48,877 bases of DNA from an uncultured Isosphaeraceae bacterium (GTDB lineage: Bacteria > Planctomycetota > Phycisphaerae > Phycisphaerales > SM1A02). Positions 1-9,551 of the stretch are shown in pieces. The stretch is taken from NCBI GenBank assembly GCA_964602215.1, contig CAZRPZ010000045.1:1-48877 (forward strand). The letters are read 5' to 3'. Numbering within the stretch: position 1 is the first letter of the stretch; each line of letters begins with the position of its first letter. The notes under the pieces are model-generated. The model was not told the origin of the DNA, ran no database searches, and saw nothing but the letters and a program-made list of their open reading frames with translations. The translations under genes were made by a program, and so were the position numbers.

Positions 1-259
1 AGATATTCCCCAAACTCATCGCTCCGTGACCGTTTATAGAGGCGAGCACGTTGAAGGCAAGTTCTGGGGCGCTCGTACTGAATGCAATAATGGTCAACCC
101 AATCACCATTGTGTTCACCTTGAATTTGTTTGCTACCCCGATTCCACCATCAACAAGGAAATTTCCTCCTAAGACGAGCAGAGTCATTCCAAAGACAAAC
201 AATGTCGACCAACCGTACCAATAGTGTGAAAAGTTGGTTATGTGTTCAATGATCGTCAT
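1..259 (-). CDS. Ca2+/Na+ antiporter (CaCA/YrbG family), N-terminal fragment running off the window edge
   Basis: Not in the ORF track because it is truncated. Reverse-strand ATG at 259-257 translates to MTIIEHITNFSHYWYGWSTLFVFGMTLLVLGGNFLVDGGIGVANKFKVNTMVIGLTIIAFSTSAPELAFNVLASINGHGAMSLGNI. The GLTxxAFxTSAPEL...GNI block is the alpha-1 repeat signature of cation/Ca2+ exchangers. Confidence 0.75.
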   Translation of the reverse strand, partial: MTIIEHITNFSHYWYGWSTLFVFGMTLLVLGGNFLVDGGIGVANKFKVNTMVIGLTIIAFSTSAPELAFNVLASINGHGAMSLGNI

Positions 260-366
260 GAATCAATGAATTGTAGAGTTGTTTCGTCATCAGAGTTAAA
301 GTTGCTTCTGCAATCTGGTCAGTTTTCGCTCGTTACCCTACACTGTGGTGGTAAATACATCGCGAT

Positions 367-954
367 ATGCCAAATCAACCCAAGAAACAAGAACTTCACG
401 AACAGATCGTTGCTGCTGCAAACGGAGATGAAACTGCATGGAGAGCCATCGTAGACGCGTACTCATTTCGCGTATTCGCATTAATTCGTTCGAAATGTGC
501 TGACGAAGAACTTGCAGAAGAAATCACACAATCAACGTTCTGCACAATTGCTCAAAAACTACCGACGTACACCGAGACCGGCAAATTTGAACCGTGGTTG
601 TTTAGAATCGCCATGAATCGACTTCGAGATGAAATGCGGCGCCGAAAACGGCATGCAGTCCCGATGGAGAATAAAACGATAGGAGTGCTTTCGGGTGGAG
701 TTACCGATGAACGAGAGGACGAAGAAACAGCCAAGAAAATACAAGCACTTCGACTTGCAGTCTGCCAACTTTCAAGTTCTGATCAAGACATCATCCACAT
801 GAGGCATTCGGCGGGAATGAGCTATAAGCAAATTGCAGATGTGTTAGATGAGCCTTTAGGAACCGTCTTGGCCAGACAACACCGTGCTTTGAAGAAATTA
901 CGCAGTATTATGGGAAGTGAATATGTCGAAAACATCGCTCAGAAGGGGCAATGA
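367..954 (+). CDS. ECF-type RNA polymerase sigma-70 factor
   Basis: 195-aa ORF. Region 2 (FEPWLFRIAMNRLRDEMRRRKR) and region 4 HTH (MSYKQIADVLDEPLGTVLARQHRALKKLR) are present. The stop overlaps the next ORF (ATGA). Confidence 0.9.
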   Translation: MPNQPKKQELHEQIVAAANGDETAWRAIVDAYSFRVFALIRSKCADEELAEEITQSTFCTIAQKLPTYTETGKFEPWLFRIAMNRLRDEMRRRKRHAVPMENKTIGVLSGGVTDEREDEETAKKIQALRLAVCQLSSSDQDIIHMRHSAGMSYKQIADVLDEPLGTVLARQHRALKKLRSIMGSEYVENIAQKGQ

Positions 955-1559
955 ACTACGACGAGAGACGTTTGACAGGAGTATCAATTATGGAACGCGA
1001 AGAACGACAATTTGAACAAGAAATGTCCCCTGAAGAGAGGCAAATTCAGAGCATGCTTTCCAATGCTCTTACATCACCTTCCCCAGAGGGGCTTTCAGAG
1101 CGCGTTGCAGCCGTTTCGCAACCAATGCTGCTAGAGGCGTGTGACGAAGCGCTCGAACAACAACTCGCCAGTGCCTTTGCTGTACCTAGCCCACACGGAC
1201 TTGCTGATCGTGTCTATGAAGCATCGGTAGACCATCTTCACGAAGATGGAGTCATCGCCCGTATTGGCCCCCTTGAAATCTGGAGACAAGTTGCACTTGC
1301 TGCATCAGTTGTGTTTGCGGTCTTTGTTGCATATCAAATTGCTCCCGAAACAACTACTACACCAACAGTGAACTCACTTGTTGCAAGCAACACAGTATTG
1401 AGTGTAGAAGATGAGGAGTTGCTCTTTGAAGACCTTAACTTGAGCGAGTATGCATATCTCGCTGATGCTCGAGAGTTAGCATTCGCAGATGTTGCGGTTG
1501 ACCTTGCAGGGCTTCGCAATGATATTGAATTATGGCAATATGGTTTACTATCAGAATAA
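951..1559 (+). CDS. Putative membrane anti-sigma factor (assigned by context)
   Basis: 4-nt overlap with the sigma gene. Single TM helix (WRQVALAASVVFAVFVAYQIA). Repeated SPxxGLxxRV segments in the N-terminal half. No family motif recognised. Confidence 0.5.
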   Translation: MNYDERRLTGVSIMEREERQFEQEMSPEERQIQSMLSNALTSPSPEGLSERVAAVSQPMLLEACDEALEQQLASAFAVPSPHGLADRVYEASVDHLHEDGVIARIGPLEIWRQVALAASVVFAVFVAYQIAPETTTTPTVNSLVASNTVLSVEDEELLFEDLNLSEYAYLADARELAFADVAVDLAGLRNDIELWQYGLLSE

Positions 1560-1607
1560 AATACTACAGACGTGTTTGTATCCTGAATTGATGGATGGAG
1601 ATTTCTA

Positions 1608-2357
1608 ATGAAACTATGCATAACAATACTTGGTGTACTGTTTACGACTTTTCTCCCTCCCAGTACGAAAGCACAGAGCATCCAACAGTGTTGCGATATG
1701 CAATGCCCAACATTTTGTTTGACAATGTTGTTTCAACAAGCAGATGAATCCCCAATTGATGGAAAAGATGATAAACCCCATAGGGGTCTTGGCGCAAATC
1801 GGCCAAATGATTTGCGTCCCGATTTCGATGGTAAACGCCCCCCAAGATCCGACCGCCCAATATCAGCGAATATGGTTGAACACATCATGGAGGTTGCAAA
1901 AGAAATAGATCCTGAACTCGCAGAGCAACTTGCATCACTTTGTGAAAAGGACCCTGAAGCACTTCATAAAATAATTCGTAGACAAGGTCACCGCTTGGGC
2001 TCGCTTATTAAACTTCGAGAATCAGACCCTGAATTGTTTGAAATGAAAGTGATTGAGTTGAAAACAGATGCAGAAATTTTTCATCTCGCACAATCACTGC
2101 AAGGGCAAGATCCCACAAGTCCAGCAACCCTCGCACAAATAGCCCAACTAGAAGGACTCATCAGAGCAAGAACAGAGATCACCATACAAGCCCAAACCCT
2201 CTTTATAGAACGCCTTGAACGTCATCTCGCTGGCCTACGAATGCGACTCGATGACACCGCCCAGCGTTTTGATGAAATCGTTGACGATAGACTCAGCCAA
2301 CTTTTGCAAGAGGTCTACGAGAAAGAACCTCTGGAGCACCCCTCGCAAATCGATTGA
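1608..2357 (+). CDS. Secreted hypothetical protein with a Cys-rich N-terminus followed by charged helical sequence
   Basis: Signal-peptide-like MKLCITILGVLFTTFLPPSTKA, then a CCDMQCPTFC cluster. No family recognised. Confidence 0.55.
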   Translation: MKLCITILGVLFTTFLPPSTKAQSIQQCCDMQCPTFCLTMLFQQADESPIDGKDDKPHRGLGANRPNDLRPDFDGKRPPRSDRPISANMVEHIMEVAKEIDPELAEQLASLCEKDPEALHKIIRRQGHRLGSLIKLRESDPELFEMKVIELKTDAEIFHLAQSLQGQDPTSPATLAQIAQLEGLIRARTEITIQAQTLFIERLERHLAGLRMRLDDTAQRFDEIVDDRLSQLLQEVYEKEPLEHPSQID

Positions 2358-2375
2358 TTTTTCTACCATGTACAC

Positions 2376-3335
2376 ATGGCAGGAATACTTGTTTCAAAAG
2401 CAATGAACATTCGCTTCATTTGTGTTGCATTGCTCCTTCTTGCGTATATTGCACTATTTATTTGGGCGAGTTCAGAAACCGAACACGGTCGACGGTTTGA
2501 ACAAACAAATGTGCTAGCCGCTTTGCTCCCACCCTCGTGGTGGTTTCACTCAGAAGAACAATTACAGCAAATCGAGGTTCTTAAGCAAAATCAATATTGG
2601 TATTCATGGTTTGGTACAGATCAACTCGGAAGAAATCTGTTTGCCCGTTGCATTATTGGAGGTGCTATTAGTATCGGTGTTGGTTTATTCGCGGCTTGCA
2701 TCGCGGTTATTGTTGGGACGACTTGGGGAACAATCGCTGGACTTTGTGGAGGAAAAGTTGACGCAGCGATGATGCGGATTGTCGACGTGTTCTATGGATT
2801 ACCTTCTGTCATGCTTGTTGTTCTCATTACAGTTGCATCTACAACCATATTGCATCAACAGAACTCGACCTCACCCTTTATTCAAGAGTTTGTTCAAGTT
2901 CTTGCGCTACTTATTGCAATTGGAATTGTTAGTTGGTTGACAGTGTCTCGGGTTATTCGTGGGCAAGTTCGAAGTTTAACCAGCCGCCCATCTATGGAGG
3001 CATGTAAAATTGTAGGAGTTGGACCGATACGCACATTTACACATCACCTACTACCAGCACTCCTTGGGACAATTGTTGTCTATGCAACCCTAACTGTGCC
3101 AACAGCCATCCTCTCTGAAGCGTTCTTAAGTTTTCTTGGAATAGGTATCCGTGAACCACTGCCGAGTTGGGGAAATCTTGCCTCCGACGGGCTAAGCCAA
3201 TTAAATCCAGTACATTCTCGATGGTGGCTATTGTTTTGGCCATGTATCAGTATTGCAACAACCCTCGTTCTCATGAATTGGTTCGGTCAATCCCTTCGCC
3301 GTAAAGTCGACCCCACAACTGCAACCCGAGCATGA
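2376..3335 (+). CDS. ABC transporter permease, Opp/Dpp 'C'-type
   Basis: WFGTDQLGRNLFARCIIGGAISIGVGLFAACIAVIVG and the downstream multi-TM layout are typical of DppC/OppC. Alternative start at 2406. Confidence 0.85.
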   Translation: MAGILVSKAMNIRFICVALLLLAYIALFIWASSETEHGRRFEQTNVLAALLPPSWWFHSEEQLQQIEVLKQNQYWYSWFGTDQLGRNLFARCIIGGAISIGVGLFAACIAVIVGTTWGTIAGLCGGKVDAAMMRIVDVFYGLPSVMLVVLITVASTTILHQQNSTSPFIQEFVQVLALLIAIGIVSWLTVSRVIRGQVRSLTSRPSMEACKIVGVGPIRTFTHHLLPALLGTIVVYATLTVPTAILSEAFLSFLGIGIREPLPSWGNLASDGLSQLNPVHSRWWLLFWPCISIATTLVLMNWFGQSLRRKVDPTTATRA

Positions 3336-4156
3336 ACATCACCCAACTTCAAATACAAGATTTGTGTATTTCGTTTCGAAACCAAATTGCTGTCGACAAT
3401 ATTTGTTTCAACGTTGAACAAGGAAGAACTGTTGCGCTTGTTGGCGAGTCTGGAAGTGGAAAAAGTGTTACTGGTCTAGCGATTCTTGGGTTACTCCCTT
3501 CCCAAGCGAGAATATCCGGAAGTGTACAGTTCAATGATGAAGAGCTTCTGAAATGTTCAAAAAAACGGACAAGACAAATTCGCGGTAAAAAGATTGCAAT
3601 GATTTTTCAAGAACCAATGACTTCGTTAAACCCCGTCTTTACAATTGGAGAACAGATTGAAGAAGTTGTTCGATATCACCAGCGTACTTCTCGCAAAGAA
3701 ACACGAAGAAAAACACTTCTTCTTCTCAACGAGGTTGGGATTAACAACGATCGTCTCCATGCGTACCCACATGAATTCTCTGGTGGCATGCGACAACGAG
3801 TGATGATTGCAATGGCATTGGCGAACGAACCCTCGCTCCTTATCGCTGATGAACCTACAACTGCTCTCGACGCGACGACAGCTAAACAAATTCTTGCATT
3901 GCTCATACATGCAAAGCAACGAAGAGGGATGAGTATGATTTTTATTACCCACGATTTGAATGTTGTTGGCTCAATTGCGGATGATATATGTGTCTTGCGA
4001 TCTGGAATACTCGTTGAAAGCGGGGATGCATCGTCGGTGCTTCAGAATCCACGAAACGGATACACCAAAGCCCTACTTGCTTGTCAACCCTCGATAACGA
4101 ACCGTAAGAGCCGATTAGCCACCGTTCCGCTTCTTTTACGCGAAAACAATAAATAA
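3332..4156 (+). CDS. ABC transporter ATP-binding protein, OppD/DppD-type
   Basis: Walker A GESGSGKS, signature FSGGMRQRV, Walker B LLIADEPTTALD, and an oligopeptide-type C-terminal NPRNGYTKALL. ATGA overlap with the permease gene. Confidence 0.9.
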   Translation: MNITQLQIQDLCISFRNQIAVDNICFNVEQGRTVALVGESGSGKSVTGLAILGLLPSQARISGSVQFNDEELLKCSKKRTRQIRGKKIAMIFQEPMTSLNPVFTIGEQIEEVVRYHQRTSRKETRRKTLLLLNEVGINNDRLHAYPHEFSGGMRQRVMIAMALANEPSLLIADEPTTALDATTAKQILALLIHAKQRRGMSMIFITHDLNVVGSIADDICVLRSGILVESGDASSVLQNPRNGYTKALLACQPSITNRKSRLATVPLLLRENNK

Positions 4157-4321
4157 TAAAAAAACGTCCGAGAACTGAAAGCAATTGGACCTCGTACTGA
4201 TTGTGAGTATAGAACTGGCGGCTGAAGGAAAAGCATGAAGCAGCTCGCAAATGAGTGCGACCCCGAATCCTTACTTCCCACTCCGCCTAGGGAAATTGGG
4301 GAGAGAGTGGAGAGATTTTTT

Positions 4322-4340
4322 TGACAATTAATTATTGTCA
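4322..4340. promoter_or_regulatory. Inverted repeat TGACAAT-N5-ATTGTCA overlapping a TTGACA hexamer; candidate operator
   Basis: Read directly at 4321-4340 (ttgacaattaattattgtca), 48-66 nt upstream of the ATG at 4388 and just after a T7 run (4316-4322). Confidence 0.25.
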
Positions 4341-4387
4341 TTCACGTTGACTAGGATGGTGAACGAACCAAGGCAGGAGCCCAAACA

Positions 4388-4795
4388 ATGGTTAAATTTC
4401 AAATAAAAACATTCAATCAAATTGTTCAAAACTTAACACGAATGGGGACCAAGCAAGCAAGGCAACTTGTGTGGGATCACATCAATGCGATGTCCACAAT
4501 GTATTTTGTTCAATGTGGGGGCGAATCAAGCCCAATTCCATGGATTGTATTTGAAGACGAAGTCCCAACCGCCATGGTCTTTACGAACTATGAGCATGCA
4601 ATCAAAACGGCGCAAGCATTAATAGAAGACGACACATACGTTCGAGTTGTAGGGCTGCCCACAAATGCTGCATCGATGTACGTCACAGCACTGGCAGCTC
4701 AAGGTGTAGAACATGTTTGTTTTAACCACGGACCACAGCGGTTCGACGCTCCAATGGAAGAAGTGTTACTTACCCTCAATACACTAAAGCGTTGA
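4388..4795 (+). CDS. Hypothetical protein (135 aa)
   Basis: Clean ORF with its own upstream intergenic region. The segment PWIVFEDEVPTAMVFTNYEHAIKTAQAL is faintly SseB-like, but I cannot support a family call. Confidence 0.55.
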   Translation: MVKFQIKTFNQIVQNLTRMGTKQARQLVWDHINAMSTMYFVQCGGESSPIPWIVFEDEVPTAMVFTNYEHAIKTAQALIEDDTYVRVVGLPTNAASMYVTALAAQGVEHVCFNHGPQRFDAPMEEVLLTLNTLKR

Positions 4796-4796
4796 G

Positions 4797-5102
4797 TTAC
4801 GGCTGCAACTCTCGACCCGTTTCGATATCCATAACAGACCAATCAAATTGCTTGGCAAGTCGTACAATCGGAAGCCAAGCAATCTCTTCCTCAACAATCG
4901 ACAATAGCATTTGTTGGATTGGGTCATCGTCAGGAGGAAGTTCAATACGGATTCCCGGCCCCCAGAGAGTGTCACCTCCCTCGACTTCTGCAGAGGTATT
5001 AAACTGAGAGAGAGATCGCACTATTTCATCACGGGTTCCTAGTGGAACACGTTGTCCATCAGTTCCTGCTGTGCGTGATTGAATGACAAATTGTTTGTTC
5101 AT
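4797..5102 (-). CDS. Hypothetical protein (101 aa), last gene of a four-gene minus-strand operon
   Basis: Its start overlaps the stop of the receiver gene by 4 nt. No motif recognised. Confidence 0.55.
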   Translation of the reverse strand: MNKQFVIQSRTAGTDGQRVPLGTRDEIVRSLSQFNTSAEVEGGDTLWGPGIRIELPPDDDPIQQMLLSIVEEEIAWLPIVRLAKQFDWSVMDIETGRELQP

Positions 5103-5488
5103 GATCTTTTGCTCGAGTCATTAAGCAGGTAGGATACAGTGTCAATGAGTCGATCGAGCCCAACAGGTTTTGTCAGGTATCCTGCAACACCTAAGGATTT
5201 GGCGTAAGCCATGTGCCGTTTACCTTGATTTGCTGTCACCATGACCACAATGGGTGGGTGTTCCATTCTTTGGAACTCTTCTAGTACAAGAAAACCCGAC
5301 CGCTTTGGGAGCATCATGTCAAGGATGACAATCTCTGGTTGTGCCGATTGACACACAGAAACCGCCTCGGTGCCATCGGTTGCTGTTCGAGTTGTTGCAC
5401 CTTCGGCACGCATAGCCAACTCGAATGACTCGAGAATGTCGATGTCATCATCAACAATTAAAATTGTATAACCATCTAATTTCATCAC
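5099..5488 (-). CDS. Stand-alone response regulator receiver (CheY-like) protein
   Basis: ILIVDDDIDILES...IVILDMMLPKRSG...TANQGKRHM...GYLTKP gives the acidic pocket, phospho-acceptor Asp and conserved Lys. No output domain (129 aa). Confidence 0.9.
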   Translation of the reverse strand: MMKLDGYTILIVDDDIDILESFELAMRAEGATTRTATDGTEAVSVCQSAQPEIVILDMMLPKRSGFLVLEEFQRMEHPPIVVMVTANQGKRHMAYAKSLGVAGYLTKPVGLDRLIDTVSYLLNDSSKRS

Positions 5489-5494
5489 GAAGTG

Positions 5495-6529
5495 TTAATG
5501 GTAACAATCAACCAGGGTTTCAAGTTCTTGATTCGTCATCCAAGGAAGAGATTCAAGTTGTTGTATGAGTTTATTTGGCATTGGTTTTTGTTCTCTTTCA
5601 AATTTCGGTCTACTCTTCCAGCGTCGGTGTAACCACAGATACTGTTCTGGTGCATTCCGTATCATCTGCTCTATAGCCCTATTGTACCTCGCTGTAATGT
5701 AGTAGAGGGGATCAGATTGTTCCTTCCACTCCTCAGGAGAGATAAAGTCAGTGACAGAGATCTCATATTTAAATTGTCCATGTAATCGCTTTGCATGAAC
5801 TGCAGCGATTGGGATGTCATATCTCATTGCGAGTAATCCAATTGATTTATATGTTGAAGCAAGCCGGCCAAAAAATGGCACGAACATGCCCCTATCGCCA
5901 GCATTTTGATCTGCAATAAAACCGATGTTAGTATTATTTTGGATTAAATCTTGCATAACAGTCACCCCACCCCATTTCGTGATAATTTGCAATCCATATC
6001 GTTCTCTGATTCCAAGTATCCAATCGTTAATAAGGCGATTATCTAGGGGTCTAGCAAGAGCAGCAATTGGGTAGTCCATCACAGAAAGGGCATACCCAAG
6101 AAGTTCCCAATTACCACAGTGTCCTGTAATAAAAATAGTCGGTTTCTTGTGAGCAAGACGTTCTGCAACTCTTTCGATATTTTTAAATTCAATATACTTT
6201 TGCCACGTTCTAGGCGTGATAAGCGAGGGCATCTGAACACCCTCTGCAACAAATAGTTGGAACATGTGTTCCATCGATTTTTTTGTAAGCGAACGCACAT
6301 CTTCGTCGGACAAATCTGGAAAACTCGCTCGAATATTTCCACTTGCTCTCTCTCTTCTTTTTTTTTCTAGTTGATAATACAACCTTCCAATTGCCTTACT
6401 CGATTGCATATTCAATTTGATTGGACAACATCCAACAAGAGTAGCAATAGCTCTTAGGGGAATATACTGTGACCAAAGGGTTAGTGTTGATTGATTGCGT
6501 GCCATGGCATAACCAGAAGCCCGACTCAA
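5495..6529 (-). CDS. Lipid A biosynthesis late acyltransferase (LpxL/HtrB family)
   Basis: ITGHCGNWELLG contains the HX4E/D acyltransferase motif in the family-typical context. N-terminal membrane-anchor region present. Length 344 aa. Confidence 0.85.
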   Translation of the reverse strand: MSRASGYAMARNQSTLTLWSQYIPLRAIATLVGCCPIKLNMQSSKAIGRLYYQLEKKRRERASGNIRASFPDLSDEDVRSLTKKSMEHMFQLFVAEGVQMPSLITPRTWQKYIEFKNIERVAERLAHKKPTIFITGHCGNWELLGYALSVMDYPIAALARPLDNRLINDWILGIRERYGLQIITKWGGVTVMQDLIQNNTNIGFIADQNAGDRGMFVPFFGRLASTYKSIGLLAMRYDIPIAAVHAKRLHGQFKYEISVTDFISPEEWKEQSDPLYYITARYNRAIEQMIRNAPEQYLWLHRRWKSRPKFEREQKPMPNKLIQQLESLPWMTNQELETLVDCYH

Positions 6530-6532
6530 GGA

Positions 6533-7909
6533 TTATTTGCGATGTTGACCGGTAAGGACATGTAGGCGATTCGCAGTCAAGATTGGAACTTGTGCTTGTT
6601 TGGCCTGTTGACGTAAAGATTCATAATCTTCGTATGCTCTCTGTTGTTTTGCATACGCGTCATACATCGCATTTGAAGCACCTCGACTTGGCTTGTGCGT
6701 TGGTTTTCGAGGCGAAATTCCCAGTACCAGGAAATCTAAATCTCCTGGGATGACACCGGTATCTTCAACAAGAACGCCACCCCATCGGATTATTTGATCT
6801 TTGATGAATATGTTATCTGTTTCTGGATCGCCATCACCATCTGCATCAAAGTAGCCGTGCACCACAAACGAGAATTTATAATTTGGATCATAGATGGGAT
6901 TTACAATAACATTTCCGCGAACAATTGGTTGGCTTGATGTTGAGCGTGTAATTTTTGCAGTTGATGTTGTGGGGCCAACCTTCACAACCTCAACAGTTGC
7001 TTTGCCGCGAGGGAGTTCGCCTTTTTCGTCATGACGGAGTTGAGAAGAAGATTCATAAATATCAAACTTCATTCCGAGTGTGACATGATCATTCTCACCA
7101 CGATCAAGAAATACATCATTTCCAGAACCAACCTCAAGAACTGTTCCGTCGACAAGTAGAGATGGATCAACAGAGCTCATTCGATTTGAATTTATTTTTC
7201 CACGCAAATCATCAATGGTGCTTTGCAAGCGAGCCTTTTCCTCTCGAAGTTCTTCTACATCTTTATCAAGATCTTTGATGCGTTCAAGATTTTCTTCCCG
7301 TACGCTGTTTAGTCGATCTTCTCGGCTTGTAAAGTAATCCTCTGCCTTGACGTTTAGTTCTTTAGACTCATCTTGGACATCTTTCCACTCGGTCTTGACT
7401 TGTTCGACTTCTGCTTCTTTATTCTGGTTTAATTCATTAATTTGGTCATTGAGCGATTCGATTGTGTCATGAGCGCTTGCAAGTTCCTTCACTCGAGAAT
7501 CCAACTCTTGTTGTCGAGATTTGAGTTGGCCTTGTAAATTTGTGACAGTCATTGCAAGGGGGCTACTAGTTGAAACGATTCCAGAAAACTGGGAATTTAA
7601 CTGTTCAAGTGTTTCCGAAGGATTGCCTGTCAGCATTTTGTTTCGTTGTTCTAGTTGTTCATTGAGGTATCCAATGACAGATTGATTAGCACTTTTTGCT
7701 AGTGAGACTATTTTTTGAACTGAGTCATTGGCACGTTCTCCGGTTGTTGCATATACCTGTAATGAATCTTCTGCTTTCTTGATGTTTTCGATTTGCTCTC
7801 GGTTTCCAGCATAAAAGACAATGCTCAGAACGAGCAAAAAGACTGTTGCGAGAACAAAAACAACTAAAGAAACGATGACGCCAGTGCCAGCGCCGCTACG
7901 AATAGCCAT
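6533..7909 (-). CDS. Membrane-anchored coiled-coil protein with a beta-rich middle domain and a BRCT-like C-terminal pattern
   Basis: The track ORF extends to 7984. The ATG at 7909 is preceded by GGAG and gives MAIRSGAGTGVIVSLVVFVLATVFLLVLSIVFY (TM helix). A long heptad-like charged region spans about residues 60-270. The C-terminus reads FSFVVHGYF...IIRWGGVLVED...DFLVLG...VPILTANRLHVLTG. Confidence 0.7.
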   Translation of the reverse strand: MAIRSGAGTGVIVSLVVFVLATVFLLVLSIVFYAGNREQIENIKKAEDSLQVYATTGERANDSVQKIVSLAKSANQSVIGYLNEQLEQRNKMLTGNPSETLEQLNSQFSGIVSTSSPLAMTVTNLQGQLKSRQQELDSRVKELASAHDTIESLNDQINELNQNKEAEVEQVKTEWKDVQDESKELNVKAEDYFTSREDRLNSVREENLERIKDLDKDVEELREEKARLQSTIDDLRGKINSNRMSSVDPSLLVDGTVLEVGSGNDVFLDRGENDHVTLGMKFDIYESSSQLRHDEKGELPRGKATVEVVKVGPTTSTAKITRSTSSQPIVRGNVIVNPIYDPNYKFSFVVHGYFDADGDGDPETDNIFIKDQIIRWGGVLVEDTGVIPGDLDFLVLGISPRKPTHKPSRGASNAMYDAYAKQQRAYEDYESLRQQAKQAQVPILTANRLHVLTGQHRK

Positions 7910-8181
7910 AGTAAACACTCCAATTTTCGCAATCAGGATTTCGGCTGAAAGCGGTAAAAGACAGGTGGGCAACAGAACGCCCATTCAATGATTGGACAGT
8001 TTCTGTTCTTTACACGCACCCGTCAAGTTCAAATTTGCCTCGGATTCCATTTCTATAGCGAAAACTTCGTTTTCAAATAGGTCAAAGGCGGTATGGCGGA
8101 AAATGAACCCAGTTTAGACGCTTTCATGCGGGTTATCAAAAAACCGATTGCTTGGTATCATGAACCAATTACGGCGAACGA

Positions 8182-9546
8182 ATGAAGTATACGCCCATTT
8201 GCAGAAAGGTCATAAAAATGCCCGTATTACCACAAGACGTCCATTCAGTACTAAGTAAATATCAACTCGTAGATGGCTACAACATGGTTGTTGACCTTGA
8301 GAGGTCACATGGAGTGTGGATGCACGATTCTGCAAGCGGTAAAGAATATTTAGACGCCTTTACTTGTTTTGCGTCTTGGCCACTTGGGTTCAATCATCCC
8401 GAATTGATGGGATCTCCTTTTAGCGAAGAAGTATTAAAAGTATCTCGAAACAAGGTCGCAAATTCAGATATATATACGACCGAGCTCGCTGAGTTTGTTG
8501 AAGCATTCAGTTCTAAAGTAACTCCCGAAGAATACCCACATCATTTTTGGATTTCAGGTGGAGCACTTGCGGTAGAGAACGCATTGAAAACAGCATTCGA
8601 CTGGAAAGCAAGAAAATTAGGAAGAACGGATTTTCTAGATAACGTCAATGATCTTGTAGTGTTACATTTCAATCAGGCATTCCATGGTCGAAGCGGCTAC
8701 ACAATGAGTTTAACAAATACGCTCCCTGATAAAGTGGGGTTATATCCAAAATTTGATTGGCCACGAGTTTCAAACCCTTTCTGTGTCTTTGATAACGAGG
8801 GTCAAATTATAAATGACATCGAAGCTGCGGAGCAACAAGCATGTGCAGAGATAGAACGAGCATTCGATGCACACGAGAATCGAATCGCTTCCATTATTAT
8901 TGAGCCGATGCAAGGAGAGGGAGGGGACAACCATTTTCGGAACGAGTTCCTTGAAAAACTTCGCCAATTTGCAGATGAGCGAGAGGCACTATTAATTTTT
9001 GACGAAGTACAAACTGGTTTTTACGGTTCGGGTAAACCTTGGTTTTGGCAACACACTACAGTTAAACCCGATGTTGTAAGTTTTGGGAAAAAATCTCAAA
9101 CGTGCGGTATTTATGCGAATCGTAGAGTTGATGAAATTTCGGATAATGTTTTTGAGCGATCAAGTCGAATTAATTCAACATGGGGGGGTAACTTGGTTGA
9201 CATGGTTCGATGTACTCAATTCATCAAAATTATCGAACGGGACAATATTGCAGAACAAGTGATCGAAGTTGGTAACCATGTCGTCTCAAATCTAAGGTCA
9301 ATGGCAGAAGAGTTCGACACAATATCAAGTGTTCGAGGTACTGGATCATTAATTGCATTTACGCTTCCAACCCCAGAACACAGGGCAACGATGTTGAAGT
9401 CCCTGATGGATCAATCAGTGATTGCTTTGCCATGTGGTACTCGTTCAGTGCGCTTTAGATTACCTCTTGTGATGACAGTGAATGACGCTGATGAACTTCT
9501 TACCCGAACCCGAGATGCCGTTGCTGCTATGGCAGCAGTTGTGTAA
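8182..9546 (+). CDS. lat: Class-III aminotransferase, most like L-lysine 6-transaminase
   Basis: N-terminal YQLVDGYNMVVDLERSHGVWMHDSASGKEYLDAFTCFASWPLGFNHP matches my recollection of Lat proteins. IIEPMQGEGG and FDEVQTGF are class-III PLP motifs. Alternative start at 8218. Confidence 0.75.
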   Translation: MKYTPICRKVIKMPVLPQDVHSVLSKYQLVDGYNMVVDLERSHGVWMHDSASGKEYLDAFTCFASWPLGFNHPELMGSPFSEEVLKVSRNKVANSDIYTTELAEFVEAFSSKVTPEEYPHHFWISGGALAVENALKTAFDWKARKLGRTDFLDNVNDLVVLHFNQAFHGRSGYTMSLTNTLPDKVGLYPKFDWPRVSNPFCVFDNEGQIINDIEAAEQQACAEIERAFDAHENRIASIIIEPMQGEGGDNHFRNEFLEKLRQFADEREALLIFDEVQTGFYGSGKPWFWQHTTVKPDVVSFGKKSQTCGIYANRRVDEISDNVFERSSRINSTWGGNLVDMVRCTQFIKIIERDNIAEQVIEVGNHVVSNLRSMAEEFDTISSVRGTGSLIAFTLPTPEHRATMLKSLMDQSVIALPCGTRSVRFRLPLVMTVNDADELLTRTRDAVAAMAAVV

Positions 9547-9551
9547 TCACG

